A stretch of DNA of 64,000 nucleotides. Origin: Tubulanus polymorphus. Lineage: Eukaryota > Animalia > Nemertea. The notes below the pieces were generated by a model. That model did no database searches and had not been told where the DNA came from. It saw only the letters and a list, made by a program, of their open reading frames with translations. The stretch is taken from positions 11,316,485 through 11,380,484 of the forward strand of contig NC_134027.1 in assembly GCF_964204645.1 (NCBI RefSeq), written 5' to 3'. Below are positions 13,034 through 26,661 of the stretch, in pieces. The first letter of the stretch is position 1, and each line of letters opens with the position of its first letter. A program made the translations under genes and the position numbers.

Positions 13034-13588
13034 GAGAAAATTATGCCGTACGAGGCTCTCAGTCAACGTCTCGCAGAAGTATCGGTTACCTTTAGGCTAA
13101 GGAAGGACTACAGCGCGTAATATGAGGGTTATTTTTATTGTTCAATGAATAACGTTCCCGGCTGCAGTGGTATGAATATGAATATGAATATCACGTGATC
13201 ATGCGATCTCTCGCTTTACAAACATGAAGTATAATCTCACGATGTATCTCTCTCACTACAACCGAAATGACGAATGTGATAATTCAACATCCTATTCCCA
13301 AGGGCGGGTTTAGGGTGTGGTCCGGGGTCCGGAGCTGACCCGTGCCTTTTCACTGAGGTGGCCCTTTTTCGTCACGATAGAGATCGTTAGAACCTGTAAA
13401 TTAGGCACTCAAAATATGGGAATTTGCATAATTTAGGATGTATGTCTTCAAAAACATCTGAATACCGAGGGTGGGAACCACGTGGCTGCTTTATACCAAA
13501 AAAAAATGACTTTAATTTTCTTCAGGACCCCGCCTTACAATTTTCGTAGATCTGCCCCTGACCCCTACGTAGGGAACATGTCTGTACG

Positions 13589-13818
13589 CTATGGTGGCTG
13601 ATTCAGGCCATACAAAAGAAATTTTCTGTACGGCTAAAGCAACGATAAAAAAATGTTCACATTGGCCCATTTTTTTGGCCCACGTTTTGAATTCTCGCGC
13701 GAGAAAACCAAGAAATTTGATTTCTCGCGCCAAGAAAACGGGCCATTGTGAAAATTTTTTTATCCTTGCTCTAGCCGTACAGAAATTTTTTTAATATGGC
13801 CCGAATCAGCCACCATAG
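13589..13818. mobile_element. Family K fold-back MITE, 230 bp
   Basis: CTATGGTGGCTGATTCAGGCCATA / TATGGCCCGAATCAGCCACCATAG; arms continue inward for about 85 bp. Confidence 0.9.
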
Positions 13819-15054
13819 TATGCAGATACGGTGAAATTGTCGGGACGTTTTTATCGACTGTTTGACAGTGTATGTTCCTGATAATGTTCATGATATATTA
13901 CACTAGTCACAAACAAAAAAATATAAATAAAGCTACGGTAGGCTCCGATTACCGGGCCTGTTCATCCTTTCGCGATGAAATATATCCGACTTCGAATTTC
14001 GTGCTATCAGATTCGAAAGACGAGAGTGTACTGTGTATCTCCGTATTTTTTTCAGTCGTAAAAACACGATGAAACTCGAAACTTCGTTGACATCGACGAC
14101 GACAGACATTGTTACAAAGTCCTTAGCACGCATTGGAATCAAAACAAGCTAACAATACAAAAATAGCCGAACCAGTGTTGGCGTAACTTTTCTCGTTCGA
14201 AAGCCTTATTTCACCTAATAAATTGACCGCAGAGATTGAAAATTCCGATTTGGAACGGACCTGGAACCAGTTTCTGTCCACACACGCATGCACATGCACA
14301 CATATTTCGTCCATTCCAAAATTTAGAATGGGCCTGGATAGGGCAAATTCGGAATGGAAAAAGAAAAGGTGTGAACACTTGGTCCATTTAGCTTAATGGG
14401 CCAAATTTGGATCGTTTCAAATTATGTAGTGTGAACACATACAGCTTGGAGTAATCAGACTGATTTCTCCAAGCAGCAAGACATAAACCAAAAACAGAAA
14501 CACTTTTCTGGCTTGCTTCGTGACTGTGAGTGTGCGTGTGCATCTCTGTTGCATTGATACACTGCGTTTAGGGCAACCAGTCACAAAAAGCGTTTTCATT
14601 TCATATTGTCTCGTGCAGACTTAAGAAGTGGGCGGAAGAGTTTACTCTTGACAAGTTAGACTTCGAAAACGTCTACGATCGAAAAAATTCATTGCGCAAC
14701 TGACTTCCATTTATGATTGCGTCGTTCTGGCACAATTTGCACGAAACGAGTTCTTCGTCTCAGTTCAACAATGGCGCGTGTTTTTCCAGGTTTTATTCAC
14801 CAAAATACACAATTACGAATGGTGCGTAGTTCGCGTCGTTTCATCGCGTGGACAAATGGAAGCTTGAATATTACAAACACGATACGATGTTTGACAGACG
14901 TCAATTTCCTCGATCCATTCCACCTGAACGTCGTCATCGTCGTATCAACTGGTGTTTCGTTATACGGTAGAATTGCATGGCGATGTCGGATGTCAAGGAA
15001 TCGTAGCTTGAAGTACTGAAATTTTACCGTCGAATCGCAAGAGAATCGAGACAA

Positions 15055-15395
15055 TTAACAAGAAAACTAACTACAAAGTTTATTATCGACGCCTTGAAAA
15101 AAATAACGACGTATAATGCTTAATATAGTCAACCATAAATCAACCACCAATAAAGTTTCTTTGAATTTGAATATATTGAAAATTAGAGTTGACTTGCAAC
15201 CAGTCTAGCCAGGATAGCAATATATGAAATCAATATTGATGACGTAGGGCACATCCACTCAAAAATTCATCATTGAAAATATATGAAAATCTATCAAATA
15301 GACAATTCACAATTGTAAACATCAAAATTTTACAATTGTTAATGTTATTTCGAAACTCCAATATTGATGACATAGCGCAAATCGACTCACTGTAT
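15055..15395 (+). mobile_element. Family E dispersed repeat, truncated (duplicated at 17248-17588)
   Basis: TTAACAAGAAAACTAACT...ATCGACGCCTTGAAAA...CAATATTGATGACGTAG shared with 24.3, 43.5, 52.4 and 57.6 kb. Confidence 0.75.
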
Positions 15396-15420
15396 GCACA
15401 GTTAATAGTTATCAATGTAT

Positions 15421-16034
15421 GAATGAGCCATAGGTGACAACAGTTCTTGGGTTCAAACTTAAACACCGAAATAACCATGCGTAAGTTCCCACTGCATTTT
15501 GAACTTACTGTTTCTAAGTCCAATAGCTAAATTTCATCAAGACAACTTTTTGAATATCGACCCCGTTCCTCAGTTATGAGGTCATCTTCAAGGTCGTGTC
15601 ACTGAAAAACTGAATTTAGTATCGCTAGGTGGTGCACCGGGCCAATTATTTGTGCTATACCACTAGGCCCCCGTACTAACATTTAACCGAAGTTTCATCA
15701 AGATCGACCCACTATTAAGGAAGCTAAGTAGGTGAAAGACAGATACACAGACATGGCGAACATGGGTTATCGGAGTTGGTCGAGTATAGTGGAACTAAAC
15801 GAATCGGAATGTTAGTCGGAACTATGGTCCGGAAATGGTCGACCACGCGATTGAGCACGGTCGCTGTAGTTCCTACCATTTCCAAGATGTCCGACACTGT
15901 GAAATACATTACGACCGAACTATAGTGCGTTCGGTGATTAGTTCCGACCACTAATCGGCCAGACTGACACACATACATACAAACAAACGGTACGAGAAAA
16001 AGGGTCTCGTAATCGGAAGCCCGTGAACCAAAAG
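15421..16034 (+). mobile_element. Family F, Helentron/HINE (DINE-1)-like repeat (duplicated at 17614-18227)
   Basis: GAGCCATAGG head, AAGTTTCATCAAGATCG, ACAG/ACAT-type microsatellite and GTACGAGAAAAAGGGTCTCGTA hairpin near the 3' end; matches 46458-46992. Confidence 0.65.
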
Positions 16035-18855
16035 ATTAATTCTGACAGTTTTTACGCCTTCGGAAAATTCATTTCGCTATCCCATTCAACAATAACATCT
16101 TTTAAATGTCGCGCGATTCTTTTGCGGTTTCACGAATCTTTCCATTCTCTACCGCGAAAGTTCACCGTCGCGTTACGACGACCCATAAATCGAACGACGA
16201 TCTCGATCGCGCGCCGCGTCGCTCGACAAATTGCTTCATCTTTGACATTTAAAGGCATTGTTTCTCGCGAAAACAAGTCGCGATGATTCGTATCGACGTT
16301 GATTTCATTCTTAAATCTTCGTTTTCGCGGAGTTCGTTCGTTCGTTGCGATAACGATCGCTCGTTTCGGTGCGGAGAATTACCGCATAAAACGAACGAAA
16401 ACGTCCCGAGTAACGTCCCGAGTCGTAACTGATTTACGATTATATTTTATCGAGTTGATGTGAAGACGTTACTCGGTATTCCGAGCGGATTAAGATTTAA
16501 TATTTAAAGTCGCATGATGAAATCGTTGAAGACAAACAACGCGTCATCATCCGCGAAGAAGCCTTTTGTATAAAGAATAAAGCCATTTTAAATCCACTGC
16601 AGGTTTCTGAAGTTGAATAATTCCTTTGCCTTGGTCATGCTTTCCCAACTGACCAGAAACATCGCCAAAATTGGCACCTGCCAAATTTGTCCTGGAACAA
16701 CTGTTCACGCGGGTGCCAAAGCCCAGGCTAAAAACGTTGGACCAGGCTGAAGCCAAATTTTAGCACTAGACAAATGATTACGTTTGAATTGCAACTGGTA
16801 CCGGAAATGACTCACTTCAGTTTGTTTGAGCCGATCTGATTAGCAAAGTTAGACTTCGAAAACGTCTACGATCGAAAAAATTCATTGCGCAACTGACTTC
16901 CATTTATGATTGCGTCGTTCTGGCACAATTTGCACGAAACGAGTTCTTCGTCTCAGTTCAACAATGGCGCGTGTTTTTCCAGGTTTTATTCACCAAAATA
17001 CACAATTACGAATGGTGCGTAGTTCGCGTCGTTTCATCGCGTGGACAAATGGAAGCTTGAATATTACAAACACGATACGATGTTTGACAGACGTCAATTT
17101 CCTCGATCCATTCCACCTGAACGTCGTCATCGTCGTATCAACTGGTGTTTCGTTATACGGTAGAATTGCATGGCGATGTCGGATGTCAAGGAATCGTAGC
17201 TTGAAGTACTGAAATTTTACCGTCGAATCGCAAGAGAATCGAGACAATTAACAAGAAAACTAACTACAAAGTTTATTATCGACGCCTTGAAAAAAATAAC
17301 GACGTATAATGCTTAATATAGTCAACCATAAATCAACCACCAATAAAGTTTCTTTGAATTTGAATATATTGAAAATTAGAGTTGACTTGCAACCAGTCTA
17401 GCCAGGATAGCAATATGTGAAATCAATATTGATGACGTAGGGCACATCCACTCAAAAATTCATCATTGAAAATATATGAAAATCTATCAAATAGACAATT
17501 CACAATTGTAAACATCAAAATTTTACAATTGTTAATGTTATTTCGAAACTCCAATATTGATGACATAGCGCAAATCGACTCACTGTATGCACAGTTAATA
17601 GTTATCAATGTATGAATGAGCCATAGGTGACAACAGTTCTTGGGTTCAAACTTAAACACCGAAATAACCATGCGTAAGTTCCCACTGCATTTTGACCTTA
17701 CTGTTTCTAAGTCCAATAGCTAAATTTCATCAAGACAACTTTTTGAATATCGACCCCGTTCCTCAGTTATGAGGTCATCTTCAAGGTCGTGTCACTGAAA
17801 AACTGAATTTAGTATCGCTAGGTGGTGCACCGGGCCAATTATTTGTGCTATACCACTAGGCCCCCGTACTAACATTTAACCGAAGTTTCATCAAGATCGA
17901 CCCACTATTAAGGAAGCTAAGTAGGTGAAAGACAGATACACAGACATGGCGAACATGGGTTATCGGAGTTGGTCGAGTATAGTGGAACTAAACGAATCGG
18001 AATGTTAGTCGGAACTATGGTCCGGAAATGGTCGACCACGCGATTGAGCACGGTCGCTGTAGTTCCTACCATTTCCAAGATGTCCGACACTGTGAAATAC
18101 ATTACGACCGAACTATAGTGCGTTCGGTGATTAGTTCCGACCACTAATCGGCCAGACTGACACACATACATACAAACAAACGGTACGAGAAAAAGGGTCT
18201 CGTAATCGGAAGCCCGTGAACCAAAAGATTAATTCTGACAGTTTTTACGCCTTCGGAAAATTCATTTCGCTATCCCATTCAACAATAACATCTTTTAAAT
18301 GTCGCGCGATTCTTTTGCGGTTTCACGAATCTTTCCATTCTCTACCGCGAAAGTTCACCGTCGCGTTACGACGACCCATAAATCGAACGACGATCTCGAT
18401 CGCGCGCCGCGTCGCTCGACAAATTGCTTCATCTTTGACATTTAAAGGCATTGTTTCTCGCGAAAACAAGTCGCGATGATTCGTATCGACGTTGATTTCA
18501 TTCTTAAATCTTCGTTTTCGCGGAGTTCGTTCGTTCGTTGCGATAACGATCGCTCGTTTCGGTGCGGAGAATTACCGCATAAAATGAACGAAAACGTCCC
18601 GAGTAACGTCCCGAGTCGTAACTGATTTACGATTATATTTTATCGAGTTGATGTGAAGACGTTACTCGGTATTCCGAGCGGATTAAGATTTAATATTTAA
18701 AGTCGCATGATGAAATCGTTGAAGACAAACAACGCGTCATCATCCGCGAAGAAGCCTTTTGTATAAAGAATAAAGCCATTTTAAATCCACTGCAGGTTTC
18801 TGAAGTTGAATAATTCCTTTGCCTTGGTCATGCTTTCCCAACTGACCAGAAACAT

Positions 18856-19139
18856 CGCCAAAATTGGCACCTGCCAAATTTGTCCTGGAACAACTGTTCA
18901 CGCGGGTGCCAAAGCCCAGGCTAAAAACGTTGGACCAGGCTGAAGCCAAATTTTAGCACGAGACAAATGATTACGTTTCAATTGCAACTGGTACCGGAAA
19001 TGACTCACTTCAGTTTGTTTGAGCCGATCTGATTAGCACAGATCATGCAAATTGGCACGGATCAGGCCAGAGCCAAATTTGGCCCATGCCTGATCCGTGC
19101 CAAATAAGCCCAGGCCAAATCGTATTCGTGTGATTGCTT
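18856..19139. mobile_element. Family A MITE containing the right breakpoint of the 2.2-kb duplication (partial copy at 16663-16845)
   Basis: Family motifs; ends CGTGTGATTGCT. Confidence 0.85.
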
Positions 19140-19839
19140 GTGACAGGGTGGCCACTTTCCGCCAATATACAAACTCCCAGATTTTTGTTTACACATAATT
19201 CCCGCGTGAACTGTAGAAATTTCTAGGTTTAAAAACTCGTAGATCTACGTAATTCATTTCTTTTTGTTCTTTTCATTCCGTTTGAGTTTCCTTTTTGCCG
19301 GATACTTGCGACAGCAGCCTGAAGGCTACACTCGGCCCACGCAGGAAGCTGCTTTTCTTTCTCTCTTCTACGCTTGTCGAGAAATTGTAAATTTTATCGT
19401 TTTTTTTTTTTATCTCAAAAATCATGTCTGTCATGCTTTCGGGGAAATACAATTTGAAATTGGATTTATAGCAGGGCACGATAACCGGCAGCGAAATTTT
19501 CAATCAGGTTTATTTCTGAATGTATTCAACTTATGGTAGCACGGGCTGTTTTTGATAGTAGAACAAAGCACATGGCAGCAAAATCTTCTATCAAGTTTAA
19601 TTCAAGATGTATCGCTATTTGGGCAAACCAATTTGCCAGTCAGGGAATTTTTGCGACGTGCGTGTACATAAGATCTGATTTTTTTCTTAAATACATTGTG
19701 CCTTTATCATTTAATAACTAATACAATAAATATAAGTAGTCTGCTTAGATACATAAAGTACATTATTAGTTATACCTTATAAATACAATCTTACTTAAGA
19801 TCTGATCACGGACCAGATCTGTAAGCCTTGAAAATAAAC

Positions 19840-19862
19840 TATATATATATATATATATATAT
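19840..19862. repeat. Short (AT)n microsatellite
   Basis: Directly visible. Confidence 0.9.
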
Positions 19863-20199
19863 TTAAGCATATCGGGCATGTTCTATTTCGTACGACGATG
19901 TTTTATGACAGGAGTGTACCTACGACCGGTCGTAGCCAATGAACAGCGATGTATACATCACGTGACCTGCGGGTTCAAAATGACACAGATCTCAGGTGAC
20001 CTGAGTGTAGCTGAGGATCCGACAAACGAGTCTCGGCCGAATCAGCAACTCTACCTCGCGATGAGACATGGGTAATCTCACAGATAATCGGATCGGAAGT
20101 TTTTTTGTAATCTTACGTAAGTAATCTAGTAAAGTATGTAATCTTGTAAATAGTCTTGCATCTTTACGAAATTTTTCTAGATAAATCTAGTTTTTTTTA

Positions 20200-20493
20200 C
20201 ACCAGTTTTATTATTACAAATATATCTGTATAACTTCCTCACTTAATTATCTTCCAACACTAATTACTGTTGTTATACCTAAAAACTTAATATTGTACTA
20301 CCTTCTTATTATGTTAAACCTGTATACATGTCTACTTTATACATCTCTAGTTTATCCATTTCTTTGAAAAAAAAAGAAAACTATTAGATTTGTGCTGTCC
20401 TGTACTTTATTACTGTATAAACCGATGATACATGCTTTGTATTCTATATTAAGGTGTAATAAAGCTATTTTGAATTGAATTGAATTTGAATTG
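20200..20493 (+). mobile_element. Probable 3' tail of a LINE/SINE
   Basis: AT-rich tract ending in AATAAA followed by (TTGAA)n. Confidence 0.4.
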
Positions 20494-21237
20494 TAATCGA
20501 AGGATTGAAGTATTGATTATTCTAGACATCATTACATCAATTTTACATCAAACATCGTTACATCAATCAGAGTCCGCTCGCCAGGTAGTGCTGTTGGTCA
20601 ACATCTGAAATCTTTACGATCTTAATATACTCAGGCGCAATGGCGCAATCGCAGTAACTTGTACTTAAAAAGCATCCTATTTGTATGACCTTTCCTGACT
20701 CCATTCAAGGTCAGAATGGTGAACACAACCAAGCAATTAATAGCAATTTTCGAGAGAATCAGTAATGGCGCTTTTCTTTCATGGGTAGCTCGGCAAAAGA
20801 GGGCCCTCCGCGGGAAAACATTAAGCCGCTGTTCATTGCAAAACACTCGTGATCAATAGCCGTCGCAATCATTTTGCGAAAATTGGCCAATTCTCTGACC
20901 AAAATATGCATTACATTGATAAACCCAGCCAAGATGAAACCGGTACCCTGGAAAAAATCTCCATGTGACATTACCGTCAGTCGCAGCAGTCGAGATTGTA
21001 TTGCGGATCAATACGTTCATAAAAATATCTTCAAATAGAAGCTTGAAATGACACTGGCCTCTCTCAAGACACGCGCCGGATATGAATAAACAGTTTTGGG
21101 TGAATGAAATGAATAGATATTGGGTTACGCCATCACTACTCCAGAAATTGTAGGAATAAGCCGCCTAGGCCTGATGAATATTTCATGAGTCGGATTTCCA
21201 AATATAAAACCCTCGTGAGATCTAAGCCACGAAGATG

Positions 21238-21470
21238 GTTATCATGATCACGCGGAGACGATTTGAATTGGCCCGGATCAGGCCCCGAGTCAAAATTGGC
21301 CCGTGTCTAATTAGTTCACGCCTAATCACTCACTCCATACTAAACCATGCTGAAACAAAGCGAAGTGAGTCCCTTCCGGAACTAGTTGCAATAATTTGGC
21401 CCGCGCTAAAATTTGGCTCGGACCTGATCCAATGTTTTCGGTCAGACAAAATTTGGCTTGGTCCAAAAAG
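21238..21470. mobile_element. Family A MITE, partial
   Basis: GATCACGCGGAGACGATTT start and family motifs. Confidence 0.85.
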
Positions 21471-21719
21471 ACAAATATGTCAGTAAGTAGCTGTTTGAAA
21501 TGAATATTGATTCCACTTGTGGCAAGTGAGGAACTACTTAGTTCGCTAATAGTTATTCAGTTTTCTGTGTTTCAATTTCTTCAACATAAAAATTGGGATT
21601 TCATCAAATTTTCTCTCATTTCCCTGTCTGGTATGATAAGCGGCGAGAGTCTGTCTCCGAGGGCCTCTAAATGGTTAAATCATGTATATGCAAAGCCACA
21701 GTAGCTACTAATCTAGTAA

Positions 21720-22036
21720 CCCTCTCAGTGCGGTGTATGAAATGGCAATGGGCTTTGCTAGTTCACTGCACTGCGGGGTATTGACGAAATAGGTAATTAG
21801 TTTTCATCTATATGAAAGATGGCAGCACTTGTCAAATGGTTAAAGTGCCATAACATCTGTAAATTTTGTGTTGTCCCTCTAATACCTGTAATGGGTTTGA
21901 GTGTAGAATAAAATAAAATATTAGCAACTGACTATACACCGCAGAGCGGAATGCCCGTTGTGCTGGCGTGGAATTTTTGAAAACTTTCTAATCATCTCCA
22001 GCACTTTAGAGTATTAATTGAACAACACTGAAAGGG
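21720..22036 (+). mobile_element. piggyBac-like MITE (family B), diverged, with an internal insertion
   Basis: CCCTCTCAGTGC ... CACTGAAAGGG-TTAA; GAAAGATGGCAGCAC core. Confidence 0.8.
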
Positions 22037-22642
22037 TTAAGGCGCCGCATGATTTTCCAAAATAATAGGATTTTTCAAGATCAACAAATAATACGAGGAA
22101 ATGTCGATATATTACGTTTGGGAGTTCTCCGGTTTACTGACGGGCAAAAATTAGTTTCATATTACACACATTTCATCTGCGCACATAAAACACTTCATTA
22201 CGTAGAACCATGTTCGTGTCTATCAATAAAACATCGTCCAACTAATCCCACGGGTTTCGTTAGCACAAACGAATCATTTATAATTAAAAAAATGATCGAC
22301 CTTTTCTCAGAAAATAATTTCATCTGTTTAATGGAGTAAAAGTAAGATAGAAGCGTAAGCATTCGTTCCGGATTTATCATGCCGCAGTCAAATGCATTCT
22401 CGTACTAACGTCGATGTCAGCGGATCAAGGAAATAGATTTATTTCCCGACCTCAAATATAGATTTCACTAAGAAATTAGAAGTAAAGACAAATCCCGCGC
22501 GTAGACAAATCCCTTTCGCATAAAAAAGGGATTTCATCGCGTTATTCTCACTCTCTCGACTCGAGATCTCGAATGAATGATTGCGAAGAAATTGAAAAGT
22601 ACATCGGGTCAACTCGATGCAGCGCACACAGCAGGCAAACAA

Positions 22643-22747
22643 GGACTAAATTCAGGAGTTCCGAGTTAAGATTTAACTCGAGTTAACTCATTGAACATGA
22701 ACTAACTTTAATTCAGAGTTAACTCTGACTGATGTGGAACTGGGTCC
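22643..22747. mobile_element. Family D fold-back MITE
   Basis: GAGTTAACTC repeats and TGTGGAACTGGGTCC end. Confidence 0.7.
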
Positions 22748-22760
22748 GGATCGTTCTTAA

Positions 22761-23048
22761 CCCTTTCAGTGCGTCTACACCGCAGTGCGGTGTACGAATC
22801 AGTGATGGATTTTGCTAGTACACCGCACTGCGGTGTATTGATTTAATTAGTAATTACTAATTATCTCTCTTGAAAGATGGCAGCACATGGCAAACATAGA
22901 GAAATATTAGTAACTAACGATATACCGCGCCAGGGTGTAGATGCACTATAGTGCTATTCCCGTTATTCAACACGCTAGGGTGGAATTTTTCAGAATTTTC
23001 AAATCATCTTCAGCACTATAGGGTATTAATTAGCCAGCACTGAAAGGG
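22761..23048 (+). mobile_element. piggyBac-like MITE (family B)
   Basis: TTAA at 22757-22760 and 23049-23052; CCCTTTCAGTGC / GCACTGAAAGGG perfect TIR. Confidence 0.92.
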
Positions 23049-23257
23049 TTAATAGTTTAGTTGTATGAACACAAGTAAGTTATTCAAGCTATAGAAACAA
23101 GTGAAGTGCTCCGAATTCTACCTCTGACAGTGTGGATAGACTTCTAACACCATACATATTTCATACCTGAAAATATATGAAAAAGAAATACAAATTATTC
23201 CATCATCCTAAAAATGGTATAAATGGTATACATTCAAGATATGCCATATTCAGCAGA

Positions 23258-23573
23258 AGCCGTGATCATGGAGCATTTCTGTCCCATGCCAAATTAGGCC
23301 CGGAACAACTGTTCACACGGGTGCTAAATGGGGCCCTGCCTGTTTGGCCCAACCAATATCATCGGACTAGGCCAGAGCCCAATTCAAGCATGGGTAAAAT
23401 TATTGCCTGTGAATTGCAACTAGTTTTAGGAAGCGATTCACTTCACATTGTTTAATATTGAGTGAGTGGTTCATGTGTGAACGCGCTTTCTAATTAGGCA
23501 CTGGCCAAATTTCACTCGGGCCTGATCCATACCTATTAGGCTCGGGCCAAATCATCTCCGTGTGATCGCGGCT
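23258..23573. mobile_element. Family A MITE
   Basis: AGCCGTGATCA / TGATCGCGGCT ends. Confidence 0.9.
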
Positions 23574-24287
23574 ATAGGGACGAAGCGCATTACCAAGAAA
23601 TGGACCGTTCATTTAAGAAAAGCAGCCTAGCACTCGCAGCAAAAAGTAAACCCAATCAGATTTGTACATCTGCATTTCAATGATTCGGTAGTATGCCCGC
23701 TTATTCTGTGTCATGTTTTCGTCTCCCCGTGTGCTCTAGTTTTAAGGGTAGTAATTCAGATTTACAAATTACAAAGATTTTGATCCATTTTTGAATTCTA
23801 AAATCGGCGAATTTTTCCGAGCTAGACTAATTTCGAGACACATCAAACCGGCTACATACGTCAAAACGACAATACGCGAAACAATTAATTTATTTAATGC
23901 ACTTCAAAACCCGACGGCAAGACGTGGAAAATCCCCACAGGAAATTTTATCAAGTTGAGGAAACGCAGCAATTAGTTACAAGCACAAGACATAACATGGC
24001 TTATCAGGGGAACATTTATCGATCTGGATAGCGAACTAAAAGCCGAGATCTTTTCATATATAAAAACTGCTCAATACAACCATCTATCTGCGTATCGATA
24101 CGAAACTACGTACCAGCCACCGTCGGCTGGGAGAAATAATGGACCTTGAAATTTGATGTTGTAGTCAAATCATTGTATGAACTTATGCAACAGCTATGAA
24201 TGGTTGTGAAAATATTCATAGGGAGCAGGCCAATCAGTGAGCAGGAATTCTAATATGCAAAATCGTTGCATCTCAAAATAATTTTTT

Positions 24288-24571
24288 GACGCCGTAAAAC
24301 CGTTACAATAATGTTTATATACATTGATACCTAGTACACGTTATGTAAGGGGTTCTGTGTGAGTCGAAGTGCACGTGATCAATATTGGCAATTTAGAATA
24401 ACAATTACAATAATTGCGGATTTTGGCGTTTATTTTGTAATTAAATATATTTCCTAGCTCTTATTTCATAATAATCATTTTTGAATATATTATTTATTGT
24501 CGATAACAATAAGCAATATATGTCTTATTTTTCAAGGTGTCAACAAACTTTCAAGTTAGTTTTCTTGTTTA
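24288..24571 (-). mobile_element. Family E dispersed repeat
   Basis: GACGCCGTAAAACCGTTACAATAATG...GTTAGTTTTCTTGTTTA, nearly the same ends as 52421-52783. Confidence 0.8.
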
Positions 24572-25328
24572 GTCAAGTGCTGATCATGCAGCCAGACAAT
24601 GGCCCAGTGAGTAGATCAGAAGTTCAAGTCCGGTTGGTGGGTACAGGTTTCAACTATATTCCATGGCCAATAAATTGAAAAGTTTGAAGTTCTGGGCTAA
24701 ACAAAAATCACCAGTGGTTTCCAAAAGTTTCACTCTAGCACGTGAAGAAGAGGAAATTACTGGCGCGTACAGCTAAGTGTATAAGTCTAGATCTATCCCT
24801 CCCCCCCCCCCCGGTGATCCGATCCGGCAACATTTTACTCATCCGACGTATCAGCCAGGAGGGCCATAAAGTAACCGGAAAGAATTAAACTGTCAACAAA
24901 AACTCCCAATCAACAGTTTATAACACAAAAACTCCGCAAAGATTTAAGAGTATCAGGATACGCGAGGATGCCACGTGAATGCGCAGATACGTCATTGGCG
25001 CCGTTGATTTATTGTAGATTTTACAAATTACGCCGAGGAGGCAATGAATAATAACGTTGTAGTTTACGGTTGGGCGTCTCGGGTCTCCGTCGTCAGGTTT
25101 CATCCATATTGATAGAAATGATCTGTCATCTCGTGTTGCTCCTACTGACTTACATAACGCATCAATGCTCACGTTTTTTATTTATGGTAAGCCGATGGCC
25201 TAATTTCACACGCGAACTCTACGTAGATGCTCGGCTTTGCGAAGTTTTTTCTTTTTTTCTGAGACTAACATGATCATCTTGTCAAGGCACGATTAACATG
25301 CGCCTACCTAGCAACTGTCCGCCTACCA

Positions 25329-25521
25329 TAGGCTGGAGTAGAACAGAAGCAACTAGCCAGATATGGCTTGCGACGAGTTGGTAGGCGTCAGGTTGCCGTT
25401 GCAAGCCGGCTTATGTCGAACCGATAGAGCAGCAACTGGCGGCCTCTCGTAGGCCGCTAATTGACGATAAACCCAGTTGCATCGGTGGGCGTCGAGTCGC
25501 TTGTCGAAATAAGCCAGCCTT
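25329..25521. mobile_element. Possible GC-rich fold-back MITE
   Basis: AGGCTGG / CCAGCCT ends with internal GCAACT/AGTTGC repeats; single copy in window. Confidence 0.4.
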
Positions 25522-26661
25522 TAGACTCGACTGTGCAAATGATTCCTAAGTTCTAGTGAGTCCGGTAGTAGCCATGATCAATCACTTGAGTCGGCTTATT
25601 GCTCTCATACTGACACGACACAGCCCCAAACTTGCTCCTCTAATGCAACCAGTGCAACCCCTTTACTTATGCAAAGTTGCGAGATATTCAAATGAAAAAC
25701 AAAATCATCTGGCATATGAAAGCAATCTATCGTATCAATCAGTGTGCCGACGATTTTTTTGTGAACCCCGTCAGAAACGTGCGGATAGCGTACGGTTTTC
25801 GTTGTTTTTAATTAATCTCGGAATCGCATCGCCGTGCGTCCGACGACGATGACGGACACATTTCGTAAGCGGTTTTCCGAATTCTCCAACGCCTTATCCA
25901 TCATACGCGACTTCGCCGCCGAGCTCTATCGGCAGGAAATTGACTGCTTACGATCTGGCAGTGCGGTCAAATGGCCACGTAATAACTCGCTTCGCGTATC
26001 GAGCAGAAGTTAATCCAGTCATATAATAGAAACAAGAATGTTTACAGATTTCCGATAAGCGCGCATGAAGTCCGGCGCTGATGAAACTAATAATGCTTAT
26101 CGACGATATAAGAACTGTATGGTGACGAGCTCGGCGAAATATCCAGTACATCTTTTTATCAATTTCCGATAATACGAGCGAACTACCGGAATTATGATTT
26201 TGAGAGAGAAAGACGGAATAGATTCGGTTCGGCATGATATTTATTGCATCGAGGCGAAGACGCACTGAAGGTGATCTTATAAGTTACCAATTGCTGCGAT
26301 TGGCAATATAATAGATTCGAATTGAAATTCCATCATATAACTTGGGTATTCATGGAGCCAGCCAGATTTGACGCTTGACCACAAAAAATGGCACGGTACT
26401 ATCATTTTGAACTGTAATTTAGAATATTCACCCAATTCAAACTGACCAAGTCATAATTTTTAGAGAATTTTAATCTCCTACTATGTTAGATAAAATCATA
26501 CAATCACATGGATAAGTGCCAATGAATTTAAAATAGGGTTTAGAATGGACCAAGCATTCACGCTAGCGAAAAGTCTGTACTAACTTGGTCTGTTCCACTG
26601 CAAAAAATTGAACTTTCAAAACAGACAACTTCTGTGATGCGTAGAAAGAAACTTTGGCTTG

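Larger units (their letters stand above)
14653..19038 (+). repeat. Near-identical tandem duplication, unit 2,193 bp (14653-16845 and 16846-19038)
   Basis: Sequence and ORF track repeat at offset 2193; about 5 substitutions seen by eye. Confidence 0.97.
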
